The notes beneath the pieces are model-generated. The model was not told the DNA's origin. It was given only the letters and a program-made list of their open reading frames with translations, and ran no database searches. Source: a virus (Duplodnaviria > Caudoviricetes). From it: 53,966 bases of DNA. The stretch spans positions 1 through 53,966 of the IMG/VR virus record IMGVR_UViG_3300042885_002233. The stretch is one strand, 5' to 3'. Numbering within the stretch: the stretch's first letter is position 1; every line of letters begins with the position of its first letter. A program made the translations under genes and the position numbers. Of the stretch, positions 9,211 through 18,543 are shown piece by piece.

Positions 9211-9524
9211 GCTGCTTGATCCTCATCGGACTCTTCTTCGGCTTCGGCCAAAATTTCGTCAACGGCCAGTTGAAAGGCTTCTTCCCCGATGATCTCGATA
9301 ACTGTCTCCATGCACAGCGAGTCAAGCGGGTCTTGGTCTAACGAACACTGGATGTCAATCAACATTGAGATAACGTGCTTTGCCCCGGCACACGCCAGCA
9401 GTACTGGGATGTGGTTTGACAAGGCTGCGCCCATGTGTATTGTCGCAGTGAGAATGCCGTCATCGAAGCTGGGTGCTTTTGAATGAGGCACGCCGTTGGG
9501 ATAAGCGTGTTGAAAAGTGTGCAT
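9207..9524 (-). CDS. Hypothetical acidic protein
   Basis: AAAGG RBS, translationally coupled to the endonuclease gene. Confidence 0.6.
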   Translation of the reverse strand: MHTFQHAYPNGVPHSKAPSFDDGILTATIHMGAALSNHIPVLLACAGAKHVISMLIDIQCSLDQDPLDSLCMETVIEIIGEEAFQLAVDEILAEAEEESDEDQAA

Positions 9525-9526
9525 GA

Positions 9527-9661
9527 TTAACCTTTAGTTGAGTTGAGAAATTTTTCAATTGCTTGTCGTACAAGTTCGGAGACTGAATACCCGGAGGCTT
9601 CTGCCCGCGCCCTTAAACTTTCAAGCATTTGATGGGGGAGAAAAAAGTTTGTTCGCTTCAT
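9527..9661 (-). CDS. Ribbon-helix-helix (CopG-like) regulator
   Basis: MKRTNFFLP...L...A...G.SVSELVRQAI. Promoter-like TTGCGT-16-TATACT at 9671-9698 on the - strand. Confidence 0.8.
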   Translation of the reverse strand: MKRTNFFLPHQMLESLRARAEASGYSVSELVRQAIEKFLNSTKG

Positions 9662-9790
9662 GGTGTGCCTAGTATACATACAAATCGAGCCGACGCAAAA
9701 CAAATTTTTAGCCGGGTGGCGGTCTGTTGCGCCGGTGCAACACTGGTGGTAAAATGCCCAGGCCAATTCCACTTAACCTCAAGGAAACCT

Positions 9791-10243
9791 ATGGAACTCC
9801 CTCACATCACCTCCCGCATAAACGGCATGAAGATCCCGTTGTTGCCAGGTCAAGCGAGCATTCTGCACCGCTTCGAGCAACCAGAAAACAAATTGGTTGT
9901 ATCAAGCACAAGCTACAACGCTTTGCTGGATCAACGCGACGACTCCAACGACATCGTAATCCCGGCCAGCCAAGATCCCGCTGAAGCGCCTCGCGCACAC
10001 GTGTCGCAAACCAAGCCACGCCCGCAAACACAACCGGTTACCGACAACGGTGCACAAATCCAAGCACAGAGGCAAGCCGAAGCCCGCGCTGCTGCAGCCG
10101 AGCAAGAACTGGCCGCACTGAAAGCATCCCTGGCCGTGACGACCAAGGGGCCCAAGGTCAAGGCTGAGAAAGAGCCAGCCGTGCCTGCGTTTACACCTCC
10201 TGCAATTCCAGCAATCCCAGTAGCGGAAGGCGCAGTGTCGTGA
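9791..10243 (+). CDS. Hypothetical protein (Ala/Pro/Gln-rich)
   Basis: AAGGA RBS at ~9781, upstream TGg-TAAAAT element. Confidence 0.65.
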   Translation: MELPHITSRINGMKIPLLPGQASILHRFEQPENKLVVSSTSYNALLDQRDDSNDIVIPASQDPAEAPRAHVSQTKPRPQTQPVTDNGAQIQAQRQAEARAAAAEQELAALKASLAVTTKGPKVKAEKEPAVPAFTPPAIPAIPVAEGAVS

Positions 10244-11124
10244 CACAACCACGGGGTTGGACCCCCACCCTCAGATACTCACCGGTCAACCAGATCATTG
10301 TGAATTGGGGGATCAACGGGCAGGCGTTCAGCATGTGCTGCATGCCTGCGCCTGTGTGCCCGGGTCCAACTCCCGTTCCCGTCGAGCCTGAGTGCTGCGG
10401 CGGCGAAACGCCGATCATCGAAGCGGTCGACACCTACGACTGGTATCGTTTTGTGCCCGAGATCATTGTCGGTTTTCCCGAAGCATCGGAAGACATGGCC
10501 GCCACGTATGCCCGGCGCGCGGCACGTGAGTGGGCAATCAAGACTCGCGTGCTCAAGCGCCAGATATACGTGCGCCTGCAAAAAGGCGTGTACCGCTACC
10601 CCCTCGAAGCGTTCGAGGACGAGGACGTGCAGGGCGTGCACCGAATCGAAAGCGCTCAGGGCCTGTGTGCCTGCGAGTGCAACACCCACGGCTTGAACAT
10701 TGGGCGCGTGAGCGTCAATGTCGCCAAACAAGAATTACAGATTGAGCCAATGGGCGGATCGTGTGGCTGCCATGTAGATGGTTGTGGTCCCGAGCACCTG
10801 TTGGTCACAGTTTGGTCCGCGCCCACAGAGGACTCCTGCAAACACGATGTCTTTCTTTATGAGCAGTACCGCCGGGAGATCACCCTTGGTGCGCGGGCCG
10901 ACTTCATCTCCGAGGTGCAAGCCTACGGATCGTACAAGACCACGCGGGGCTACGCCAGTTTCCGTGGCGACAACCTGATGTTCCAACGGTCGGATCGGTT
11001 GCGCACCGAATTCATGGCCATGATGCGCAAGGCGCGCGTCGAGAGCCAGGACAACCCGATTGATGTGCACGTTGCTGCGCCGCTGTTCGGATCGAGCTGC
11101 TGCGCTTGGGGGGCACGTCGATGA
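10240..11124 (+). CDS. Putative head-tail adaptor, Cys-rich
   Basis: Position after the head genes, about 14 Cys, helical N-terminal part. Confidence 0.55.
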   Translation: MTQPRGWTPTLRYSPVNQIIVNWGINGQAFSMCCMPAPVCPGPTPVPVEPECCGGETPIIEAVDTYDWYRFVPEIIVGFPEASEDMAATYARRAAREWAIKTRVLKRQIYVRLQKGVYRYPLEAFEDEDVQGVHRIESAQGLCACECNTHGLNIGRVSVNVAKQELQIEPMGGSCGCHVDGCGPEHLLVTVWSAPTEDSCKHDVFLYEQYRREITLGARADFISEVQAYGSYKTTRGYASFRGDNLMFQRSDRLRTEFMAMMRKARVESQDNPIDVHVAAPLFGSSCCAWGARR

Positions 11125-11795
11125 GCGTTTATGAATTCCTGCGCACGGTGGCTGCGCAACTGGGTGACGATCGCCCAGGCAGCCCGTTTCGCCGATACGC
11201 CCTGAAGGATCTGGTGGCCTACTACCAGGAGGCCATGTGCTTCGTGTCAGCCCACCGGCCGGACCTGTTCACCGACTTCGTGGTAATGAAGCTGGCCACC
11301 GGCTCGTACCAGGACGCCAAGTGTTGTGGATGCACCAACGTCATTCAAGTGGTTGCCCAGATCGACGCCGACGGCAACACCGTTAAAGATCTGACAACCA
11401 CGGGCGGATCGAAGGTCGACACCACGCGCTGGTACCGCGCCGCGTGCAAGAGCACGGCAAGCGGCGCAGTGACCCTGATCACGTCCCTTACCATTACACC
11501 CGGCATGAACGGAGTGTTTGAAGTTTCGCCTGCAATCAAGCCGGGCGAAGATGTGTGGGTCAAGCTCAAGTGCGTGCACGCACCGCCAGCCCCCAGCGAA
11601 GCTGATGTGCTTGGCGGTAGCAGCACGGGTGACTGCAAGTTCCTCGTCGCGATTCGCAGTTACGTGTTGTACCGCGCGCTGCAGGGCGACCGGCATGCGG
11701 TGGGCGCAAGCACCGAAGCGCAAAACGAACTGAAGAACGTGTACACGTACCTCGGAATGCAGTACAAAATGGAACAGGCCCAGGAGAATCAATAA
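11121..11795 (+). CDS. Putative adaptor/tail tubular A-like protein
   Basis: A.QL.D...R....L..Y..EA......RPDLF and YVLYRA motifs typical of podoviral adaptors. Confidence 0.65.
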   Translation: MSVYEFLRTVAAQLGDDRPGSPFRRYALKDLVAYYQEAMCFVSAHRPDLFTDFVVMKLATGSYQDAKCCGCTNVIQVVAQIDADGNTVKDLTTTGGSKVDTTRWYRAACKSTASGAVTLITSLTITPGMNGVFEVSPAIKPGEDVWVKLKCVHAPPAPSEADVLGGSSTGDCKFLVAIRSYVLYRALQGDRHAVGASTEAQNELKNVYTYLGMQYKMEQAQENQ

Positions 11796-13042
11796 TGGCA
11801 TGCGACAAACCAACCGGTGATTGCACCAACGTGTCGCCATGCGGCAGCGGCTGCTCGGGCTGCGGTGGGTCGACGACCCCTGAGCCAGTGCTGCCCAAGT
11901 GCCAGGACGTGAGCCTGGCAGCAGGCACCTTCACAAACGCCACCATCACGGTGAACTCGCAAGGGTGCATTGCGGCCATCGCCAGCGGCGAGCCCGAACT
12001 GTACACGCCCGATGAATGCTGCGGCGACAGCGGTGGCGGCGGCGGTGCGGCCGGTGCCCGCGGCCCAAAGGGCGACCCGGGTGCCGCGGCCACAGTAAGC
12101 GTTCAAGAAGTTATTGGCACGGGCACAACCTGGTCGGTGGAGAACATCGGCACGCCAAGCGCAGCCGTCTTCAAATTCACGGCCCCCGCCCCAAGCACCG
12201 GTGGTGGCGGCACAACGTCGGGATACACCGGCACCGTGGGCGGCTTTAGATTCCAAGCGGGCTTGGTTAAAGAGGCCCCCGGCGGTATCGTTGAAAGCGT
12301 CGAGGCAAAGAAGGAGGGCAACCGCGCATCGCTGTTCTCATTCCAGGCTATACCCGATTTGCAGAACCTAAGCGAATACGACATCACGCTGAACCTCGAT
12401 GCGTTTTACGACAGTCTCGACAACAAGTTCACCGGGTTGCACAACGACCAGGCTGCCGCGATCGCGGCGCTGACCCAGCAAGTGGCGGCGCTGGCAAACC
12501 AAGTGGCGCAGCTTGAGGACCAGCAAGTTTGCATCGGCACGGTGACCAGCAGACAGTCGGGCCCGATCACCAGCAACTACATTATCGAAGTGTCGGGCGT
12601 TGCCCCGAACAGCACGCTGACACTGACCGGATGGAACATTACAAGTTTCACAACGGACGCAACGGGCTACGGCATAACGCAGGCCCAGCTAACGGCTACC
12701 GAAGGGACATGCGGAACAATTTCGCACCCAACATGCGCCCTTGTTATGGCTGGAGGCGATGTTGCCATTGCATGCACCAACGGATCAGGAGGCGGCGGTT
12801 CGACAACTGCCGACTATTGGGCCTTCGTCTCAGGATCTTGTCAGTTAAACCCTACCGTCGTCGGCGGAACCACAACCTACACTACGCAAGCGGCGTGCGT
12901 TGCGGCCAACCCTGCTCCGCCTCCAGCCGATTACTGGGCATATAACGTTGCCTTGGGGGTTTGCGAATTAAACCCATTTGTCGTCGGCGGCACCACAACC
13001 TACGCCACGCAGGCGTTGTGCAACGCAGCCAACGGGATCTAA
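11795..13042 (+). CDS. Cys-rich fibre-like protein (collagen-like stretch, coiled coil, duplicated C-terminal module)
   Basis: GTFTNATITVN..G.I motif, GARGPKGDPG, heptads IAALTQQVAALANQVAQL. Confidence 0.65.
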   Translation: MACDKPTGDCTNVSPCGSGCSGCGGSTTPEPVLPKCQDVSLAAGTFTNATITVNSQGCIAAIASGEPELYTPDECCGDSGGGGGAAGARGPKGDPGAAATVSVQEVIGTGTTWSVENIGTPSAAVFKFTAPAPSTGGGGTTSGYTGTVGGFRFQAGLVKEAPGGIVESVEAKKEGNRASLFSFQAIPDLQNLSEYDITLNLDAFYDSLDNKFTGLHNDQAAAIAALTQQVAALANQVAQLEDQQVCIGTVTSRQSGPITSNYIIEVSGVAPNSTLTLTGWNITSFTTDATGYGITQAQLTATEGTCGTISHPTCALVMAGGDVAIACTNGSGGGGSTTADYWAFVSGSCQLNPTVVGGTTTYTTQAACVAANPAPPPADYWAYNVALGVCELNPFVVGGTTTYATQALCNAANGI

Positions 13043-14668
13043 ATGGCACGCAACCTAATCACGGCCAGCTTTGCAGGAAGCACGCCTCGGCGTGCCGAGC
13101 ATCTGACGCCTGTTGGCCAGGCGGTGGTGGCGCTTGACTGCAGGCTTTCCGACGGGTCGCTGGACTCGTGGCGCGAACCGCGGCAAATTGACACCGTGCC
13201 AGCGAACACCAAGAGCGTGTACCAGGCGTTCAACTGCTGCTGGTTGCAGTCAACCAAGTGCGCCAACTGGGCCGAAGGCTCGGTCGATCAGCGGCACGTG
13301 TTCGCCACCCAGTACAACGACTTCGACTATCCAGTGCGAATCGTGCTTGGCGAGATGTGCGAGCCAACGGTGCTGCGCTTGGGGCTACCTTGCCCGGCAG
13401 AGCGCATTGTCGCCACGGCGGCAGCGACGTTCAACAAAGGCTCTGCGCCGCGCCAGTACCTGTTTCAGTTCGAGGATTCGTTGGGCAACCTGTCCGCCGC
13501 ATCGGAGCCAAGCGACGCAGTGGTTGTGCAAGAGGGCGCGTCCGTGCAGCTGTCTGGCTGGGCCGTGCCCACCGGTGGCTGGGACATTCAAAAGATCCGC
13601 ATCTACCGCAGCGTGGCGGGCACCGAGTCAACGCCGTTCCAAGAGTCGGGCAACAAGATTGACTCTGCCTGGATGTTGGTTGACACCATCCCCGCCTCCC
13701 AGGCCAGCTACACCGACAGCAAGTTTGATGCTGACCTGATCGACGCCTTGGCCGAGGACGAAGTGGAACCCCCACCGGCTGGCCTGCGCGGCATGACCTG
13801 GATTCGCACGATGAACTGCCTTGCCGGTTTCGTGGGCCGGGAGTTGTTCTTCACGGAAAACAACAACTACCACAACTGGGCATACAAGATCAAGCTCGAC
13901 GATACGGTCAAGGCGCTGTGCGAAGTCAACGACAGAATCTACGTGGCCACCGACGGCGCGCCCTACGTGGTGGCCGGTGCAACCAACTGCGAAAACGCGG
14001 GCTGCCGCCAGGCGGTTCGCATGCCCGAGTCGCTGCCCCTGGTTGGCGGCGGGTTCCGAAGCATGATTGCCCTGCCATCCGGGGCGATTTACCCAACTCA
14101 CAGTGGCCTGGTCTACATGAGCGGCAATCGTGCGCCGGCGATCCTGACGGCCAAGCATTACGCGCCCGAGGACTGGCAAGCCCTGCACCCCGATACAGCC
14201 AAACTGGGCTATCACGAGGGCCTGGTGTTTGCGTTCTTTCGCAAGGGGGCGTTTTGCCTGGCCGTGCAAGACGGCGCGGGCACGGCGGCCGAGACAGAGC
14301 AGCACACCGAGTTGTCGCTTCGGCCCGACGAAGTTTTTACCAGCCGGTTGGGGCGCCTGTATCTGCGATTTGGCACCGATGTCAAGGAGTGGAACCGAGG
14401 TGTTGCAAAAATGCCACACCGCTACGAGTCCGGCGAAAGCCTGGCCGGGGTGCCCTTTAACTTTGGCGCGGCCCAGGTCTTGATGGAACTTGGCACCGAG
14501 ACGGTGCAAGTGTTTGTCGACGGGGACGAGGCGCTGAACGAAACGATATTTAAAAACGAGCACTTCCCGTTGCCGATGTGGGCTACGGGCCAAGAGTGGC
14601 GCTGGGTGTTGACGGGCACGGCCAATGTTAAAATGGTCGGACTCGCACCATCCACCAAGGAACTCTGA
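13043..14668 (+). CDS. Tail tubular B/stabilisation-like protein
   Basis: 541 aa, F.G..PR N-terminus, IRIYRS, YTD and ELFFTE...H.W beta-propeller-like segments. Confidence 0.7.
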   Translation: MARNLITASFAGSTPRRAEHLTPVGQAVVALDCRLSDGSLDSWREPRQIDTVPANTKSVYQAFNCCWLQSTKCANWAEGSVDQRHVFATQYNDFDYPVRIVLGEMCEPTVLRLGLPCPAERIVATAAATFNKGSAPRQYLFQFEDSLGNLSAASEPSDAVVVQEGASVQLSGWAVPTGGWDIQKIRIYRSVAGTESTPFQESGNKIDSAWMLVDTIPASQASYTDSKFDADLIDALAEDEVEPPPAGLRGMTWIRTMNCLAGFVGRELFFTENNNYHNWAYKIKLDDTVKALCEVNDRIYVATDGAPYVVAGATNCENAGCRQAVRMPESLPLVGGGFRSMIALPSGAIYPTHSGLVYMSGNRAPAILTAKHYAPEDWQALHPDTAKLGYHEGLVFAFFRKGAFCLAVQDGAGTAAETEQHTELSLRPDEVFTSRLGRLYLRFGTDVKEWNRGVAKMPHRYESGESLAGVPFNFGAAQVLMELGTETVQVFVDGDEALNETIFKNEHFPLPMWATGQEWRWVLTGTANVKMVGLAPSTKEL

Positions 14669-14670
14669 CC

Positions 14671-15063
14671 ATGCTCAAAATCTCCCCCATCTTGCCGTCA
14701 AAAAACGAAGAGCAGTTGAAGCAGCAACTCAAGACGCTGCTGGAAGCAGCCTCGGCGTTGAGCGTGACGCTTGACCCGGATGGCTTTGCCCGCTCTTGGT
14801 TGTCTGACAACACCCGGGTGGTGCTGGCCCACGAGGACGACAAGCCCGTTGGGTTTGCCATCATGGCGTTTGGCCGCCGGTATTACGACAGTGCTTTTAC
14901 CGCATCGGTGATCACCGCTGTTGGCCCGGCCCGCCCCCGCGTGCTGGAGTTCATCCTTGAGATGGCCAAAGTGCTGGGCGCAGAAGCTTTGTTCTACGAA
15001 GCCGAAGAGGGTGACACGATCGGCGGCACGCTGGCCAACATGAAGATGGTTGAGGTGACCTGA
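14671..15063 (+). CDS. Small protein, possible GNAT-like tail/ejection assembly factor
   Basis: VLA.EDDKPVGFA and AKVLGA segments. Occupies the slot where podoviruses often have acetyltransferase-like genes. Confidence 0.45.
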   Translation: MLKISPILPSKNEEQLKQQLKTLLEAASALSVTLDPDGFARSWLSDNTRVVLAHEDDKPVGFAIMAFGRRYYDSAFTASVITAVGPARPRVLEFILEMAKVLGAEALFYEAEEGDTIGGTLANMKMVEVT

Positions 15064-15917
15064 TGGCCTCGCGCAAGATCGCCTGTATCGAAGACGCTCA
15101 GTACGTTGCTGCGGCAACGGCGCAAGCCGCGTCCATCACAAACGAAGCCTATGTCTGGGCCGCGATTCAGCTTGCCCTGATGGTGGCCCAGCGCGCCGTC
15201 AATACGGCGATCTCGGACATGCAAGAAGAGCTGGCCGATCGGCGCATGAAGCTGGCCGAGGAAATCCTTGAGCACGCCAAGAAGACCTGGGTCAAAGAAA
15301 AGGCGTTTGTCGATGAGATGATGGCCGAGGCTAAGGCGGTCACGGGATACGGCATTACGCAGAGCATGCTCAACGAAATGGACCGGGTTGAGGGAATCGC
15401 CATCGAAGGGGTTGACCAACGGCTGGCCCGCTTTGGGCTTGAGGTGGGCGCGTGTGACGACGCCCGCACTCGCAGGGGCCTGGCCACGGCACGTGCCGAT
15501 CTGGTATCGCACACCATGCGCTCCGAAGAAGCCCGCACCGAAATGCTCAACGCCCGCCGCTACAGCCGCCAGGTGGCAGCCGTGGCTCTGGGTCGGGGCA
15601 CGTTGCAAAACGCCATGTCAATGGGCGGCCTGGGCAACGCAGGAGACGCGGTGCGTGGATCGCTGATCCGTACCATCAACTCGGGCATGTCGCTTTGGGG
15701 CTACAGCGCAAATCGCTGGCGCCATGGCGGCAACTACGCCACCGGCGAGAACGGCGCACCGCGTGTCGTGCCACAGGGTTACAGCTTGCTGGAAACCCGT
15801 AGCCCGACAACCAACGTGGTGACCCTTTCAGTGCAAAAAGACAGCATGGCCGACATCTTGGCGGCGGGCCAACCTACGCCCGTCGAAGGGTCCAGCTTCT
15901 TTGAAGGAGCAAATTAA
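15063..15917 (+). CDS. Putative internal virion/ejection protein
   Basis: Ala-rich and helical, coupled TGATG junction. Confidence 0.6.
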   Translation: MASRKIACIEDAQYVAAATAQAASITNEAYVWAAIQLALMVAQRAVNTAISDMQEELADRRMKLAEEILEHAKKTWVKEKAFVDEMMAEAKAVTGYGITQSMLNEMDRVEGIAIEGVDQRLARFGLEVGACDDARTRRGLATARADLVSHTMRSEEARTEMLNARRYSRQVAAVALGRGTLQNAMSMGGLGNAGDAVRGSLIRTINSGMSLWGYSANRWRHGGNYATGENGAPRVVPQGYSLLETRSPTTNVVTLSVQKDSMADILAAGQPTPVEGSSFFEGAN

Positions 15918-16882
15918 TGGCTAACATGTGCGTCACCCAAGCGGGTTACAGTGCCGCCGAATCTGCACGGTTCGGGGCACTGAGTACAGCCGCGACGATT
16001 AAACAGGTTGTTGCCGTTGCGCAGTTTGCCTTGAACGCAAACGACGCGATCAAGAACTTCAAAAAACTGCGCGACGTTTCGAGCCGCGGCGTTTCGATTG
16101 AAGAGGAACAGCACGGTCATTTGAAGAACACCTTCTGGCCCGCCGAGCTGCAGATGCTTGACGAGTTCACCCAGGCCACGCCATGGGAGGCTCAAGCTGT
16201 GCTGGCCAAGCGATACGCGGGCCGCATGTGGGCGCCGATCGCCGTGGGGTTTGCCCGCGAAATGCGCAAAATGGAATGCGAAAAACCACGGTATTGCAGC
16301 AACGCTTTTGTCAAGCGCATGCAAGAGATGATGGTCCAGCGATCCGCGACTCGCGCCAACGTGACCCTGCTGGCCGATCGAATCGCGTTCTATGAGATCG
16401 AGGCTGTTCGCGAAACGGATATCGAGCGACGCAAACAGGTGATCGCGACACGCCAAGGTTTGATCCAGCAAGCTGCCACCCTCATGGGCGCAGCGGCGAA
16501 AGGATACGCCGGTGCCAACGCCAACGCCATGGCCGCCGTGAACAACGCGATCTCCACGTTTGGGCACGCCATGGGCGAGCGCCAGGCGGCCGAGGATCGC
16601 CGAGGTACCGACCCCTATTTCCATAGCCGGACTCAGCGGGAAGTTTCTCGCATCAACGGCGTGCCGGTGGAAACCATGGGGCCGACCAGCTACAACCAGC
16701 CCGACGTGTCGGGCCTGGACGAAACCTTTGGCATGGGCCAGACTTTCCCAACCAGCACGACCCGTTCATTGACGGCGCAAGCTGAGATGAACCCTTTGAA
16801 CATTGACAGTGTTGTGTCTTTCCCCCTTGGCGGGAGTGAACCGAACATGTCTTCGATCACCGACTTGTCGGAGGCGCAGTAA
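15917..16882 (+). CDS. Putative internal virion/ejection protein (paralog of the preceding gene)
   Basis: Ala-rich and helical, shares motifs with 15063..15917. Confidence 0.6.
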   Translation: MANMCVTQAGYSAAESARFGALSTAATIKQVVAVAQFALNANDAIKNFKKLRDVSSRGVSIEEEQHGHLKNTFWPAELQMLDEFTQATPWEAQAVLAKRYAGRMWAPIAVGFAREMRKMECEKPRYCSNAFVKRMQEMMVQRSATRANVTLLADRIAFYEIEAVRETDIERRKQVIATRQGLIQQAATLMGAAAKGYAGANANAMAAVNNAISTFGHAMGERQAAEDRRGTDPYFHSRTQREVSRINGVPVETMGPTSYNQPDVSGLDETFGMGQTFPTSTTRSLTAQAEMNPLNIDSVVSFPLGGSEPNMSSITDLSEAQ

Positions 16883-17232
16883 TGAGTAGCAAAGTCACCC
16901 CCATTCAAGCGGTAGTCAACTACCAGAACTCGCAGAACGCCCGCAACTCCGATTCCGATGCGGCCATTGATCGTGCCCGAGGCGGTACAATCCACATCAA
17001 AATCACGATACCTGAAGAAAGAATTCGAGTCACCGGTGGTATCGGCGCTGTTGTGATCCCCAAAAAAGAAGTCAATGTTCTGATCGACTTGGAACAAATG
17101 CCTCTGGTCAACGTGGCCAGCTACAAAATTGAACAAGAACAAATTGGTCCGGATAAAATGTCTTACCCCTACGGTGGTGACAAAGACGACGGTGAAGAAA
17201 ACATCTGGGCCGGCACGTTCCAAAGAGCATAA
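16882..17232 (+). CDS. Hypothetical protein
   Basis: Coupled TAATG junction, 116 aa. Confidence 0.65.
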   Translation: MSSKVTPIQAVVNYQNSQNARNSDSDAAIDRARGGTIHIKITIPEERIRVTGGIGAVVIPKKEVNVLIDLEQMPLVNVASYKIEQEQIGPDKMSYPYGGDKDDGEENIWAGTFQRA

Positions 17233-17241
17233 GGATAAATC

Positions 17242-18540
17242 ATGGCAGACTTTATAGACTTGATGGGCTTTGCCAAGGGGCAGCAACAGGCCAACAAAGA
17301 GAATTGGCAAGACACGATTTACGACATCAACACTCGTAACGCCGAAGAGAACTTGCGCCAGTCGCAAACCAGGTTTGACCTGGCCCTGCCGTCGATGCAG
17401 TTTGGCCAAGAGGAATCCTACAAGGCTGGCTTGGGTAACCGTGCGGGCCAAGAGTTTCAGACCAACGTGCTGACCGAAGCAGGGAAACTGCCGGCCGGAG
17501 AACGCGAACAGTTCATCGCTGATTCGGCGATTCGCCGTTTGCAAAGCCTCGATCCGGCCTCGCCCGGTGCTGCGCAAGAGCGCAACTCGATCGAGAGCTT
17601 CCTCAAAGTGCAGGCCAGCAATCTCGTCAGAACAAACCCTCAAGCTGCTGCAGCTTTGTACGGTGCAACCACGATGGGCCAAAGCACGGCCGATACGTTG
17701 CGCCAGGTGGCCATGCTGTCTGACCCCAAGACCGCGTATGACCCGATCAACCTTGCCACCCTGGCCAACCAGATGAACGGCCAATACGATCAGGCCACCA
17801 ACTCGGTGCGGTTTGCAGGCTCCAACGCTGTCATGCCGGTGGATCAGTTCATCGGTTTCGCCCGGCAGCGGGCCATGGACCAAACGGCCGATCTGACGCC
17901 GGGGATGCAGCGTGCCGGCAACGAGGCGAAACTGAGCGCGTTCGCCGATCAAACAATCGAAGAGTTCCGCAAGAACGGAATCTTGGCCGTGAAAAATCCG
18001 GTGACAAACCAAGTGATCCCCCTGCTCAACCTTCAGACGGGGCAGCAAGTTTCGCAGGCCCAAGGTCCGCAACTAAACGTCACGGGCCTGGATCAAACCT
18101 TCGGTATGAATGTCAACCCTTTGACCTCGCCGCCACCGCAGTATGCGCAGCAGCCGGGTGTGGTCCCCAACGGCCAAGCGTACACAAACGTGTTCCCTGA
18201 AACGGCGAGCGTAAGGATGGCTGGCGGGGCGCCTGCAACGCCGGTGGGTGGGACGGCGTTTAATCCACAAGTTTTGTCGCAAATAACCGCGCAACTTGAA
18301 AGTTTGCAAAAAACCGAGCCCCAATATGCGTTGCCAAATGGCCTATACAATCCGGCGTACATGCAACAGTACGAGCAATGGCGAACGCAAACAGGGCCTC
18401 AAATCCAAGCGTTGCAACAATTGCAAAGGGTGCAGAGACTTGCCGCTCAGAATCAAGAAAACGCTCCTTTTATGGCCAGCGAACAGGCTCTTCGTGCCAA
18501 CACATTGAGCCAGTACCCTTGGCTCACAAAACAGCGATAA
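17242..18540 (+). CDS. Gln-rich putative ejection protein
   Basis: AAGGA RBS, Gln/Ala-rich, upstream of the transglycosylase gene. Confidence 0.6.
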   Translation: MADFIDLMGFAKGQQQANKENWQDTIYDINTRNAEENLRQSQTRFDLALPSMQFGQEESYKAGLGNRAGQEFQTNVLTEAGKLPAGEREQFIADSAIRRLQSLDPASPGAAQERNSIESFLKVQASNLVRTNPQAAAALYGATTMGQSTADTLRQVAMLSDPKTAYDPINLATLANQMNGQYDQATNSVRFAGSNAVMPVDQFIGFARQRAMDQTADLTPGMQRAGNEAKLSAFADQTIEEFRKNGILAVKNPVTNQVIPLLNLQTGQQVSQAQGPQLNVTGLDQTFGMNVNPLTSPPPQYAQQPGVVPNGQAYTNVFPETASVRMAGGAPATPVGGTAFNPQVLSQITAQLESLQKTEPQYALPNGLYNPAYMQQYEQWRTQTGPQIQALQQLQRVQRLAAQNQENAPFMASEQALRANTLSQYPWLTKQR

Positions 18541-18543
18541 ACC

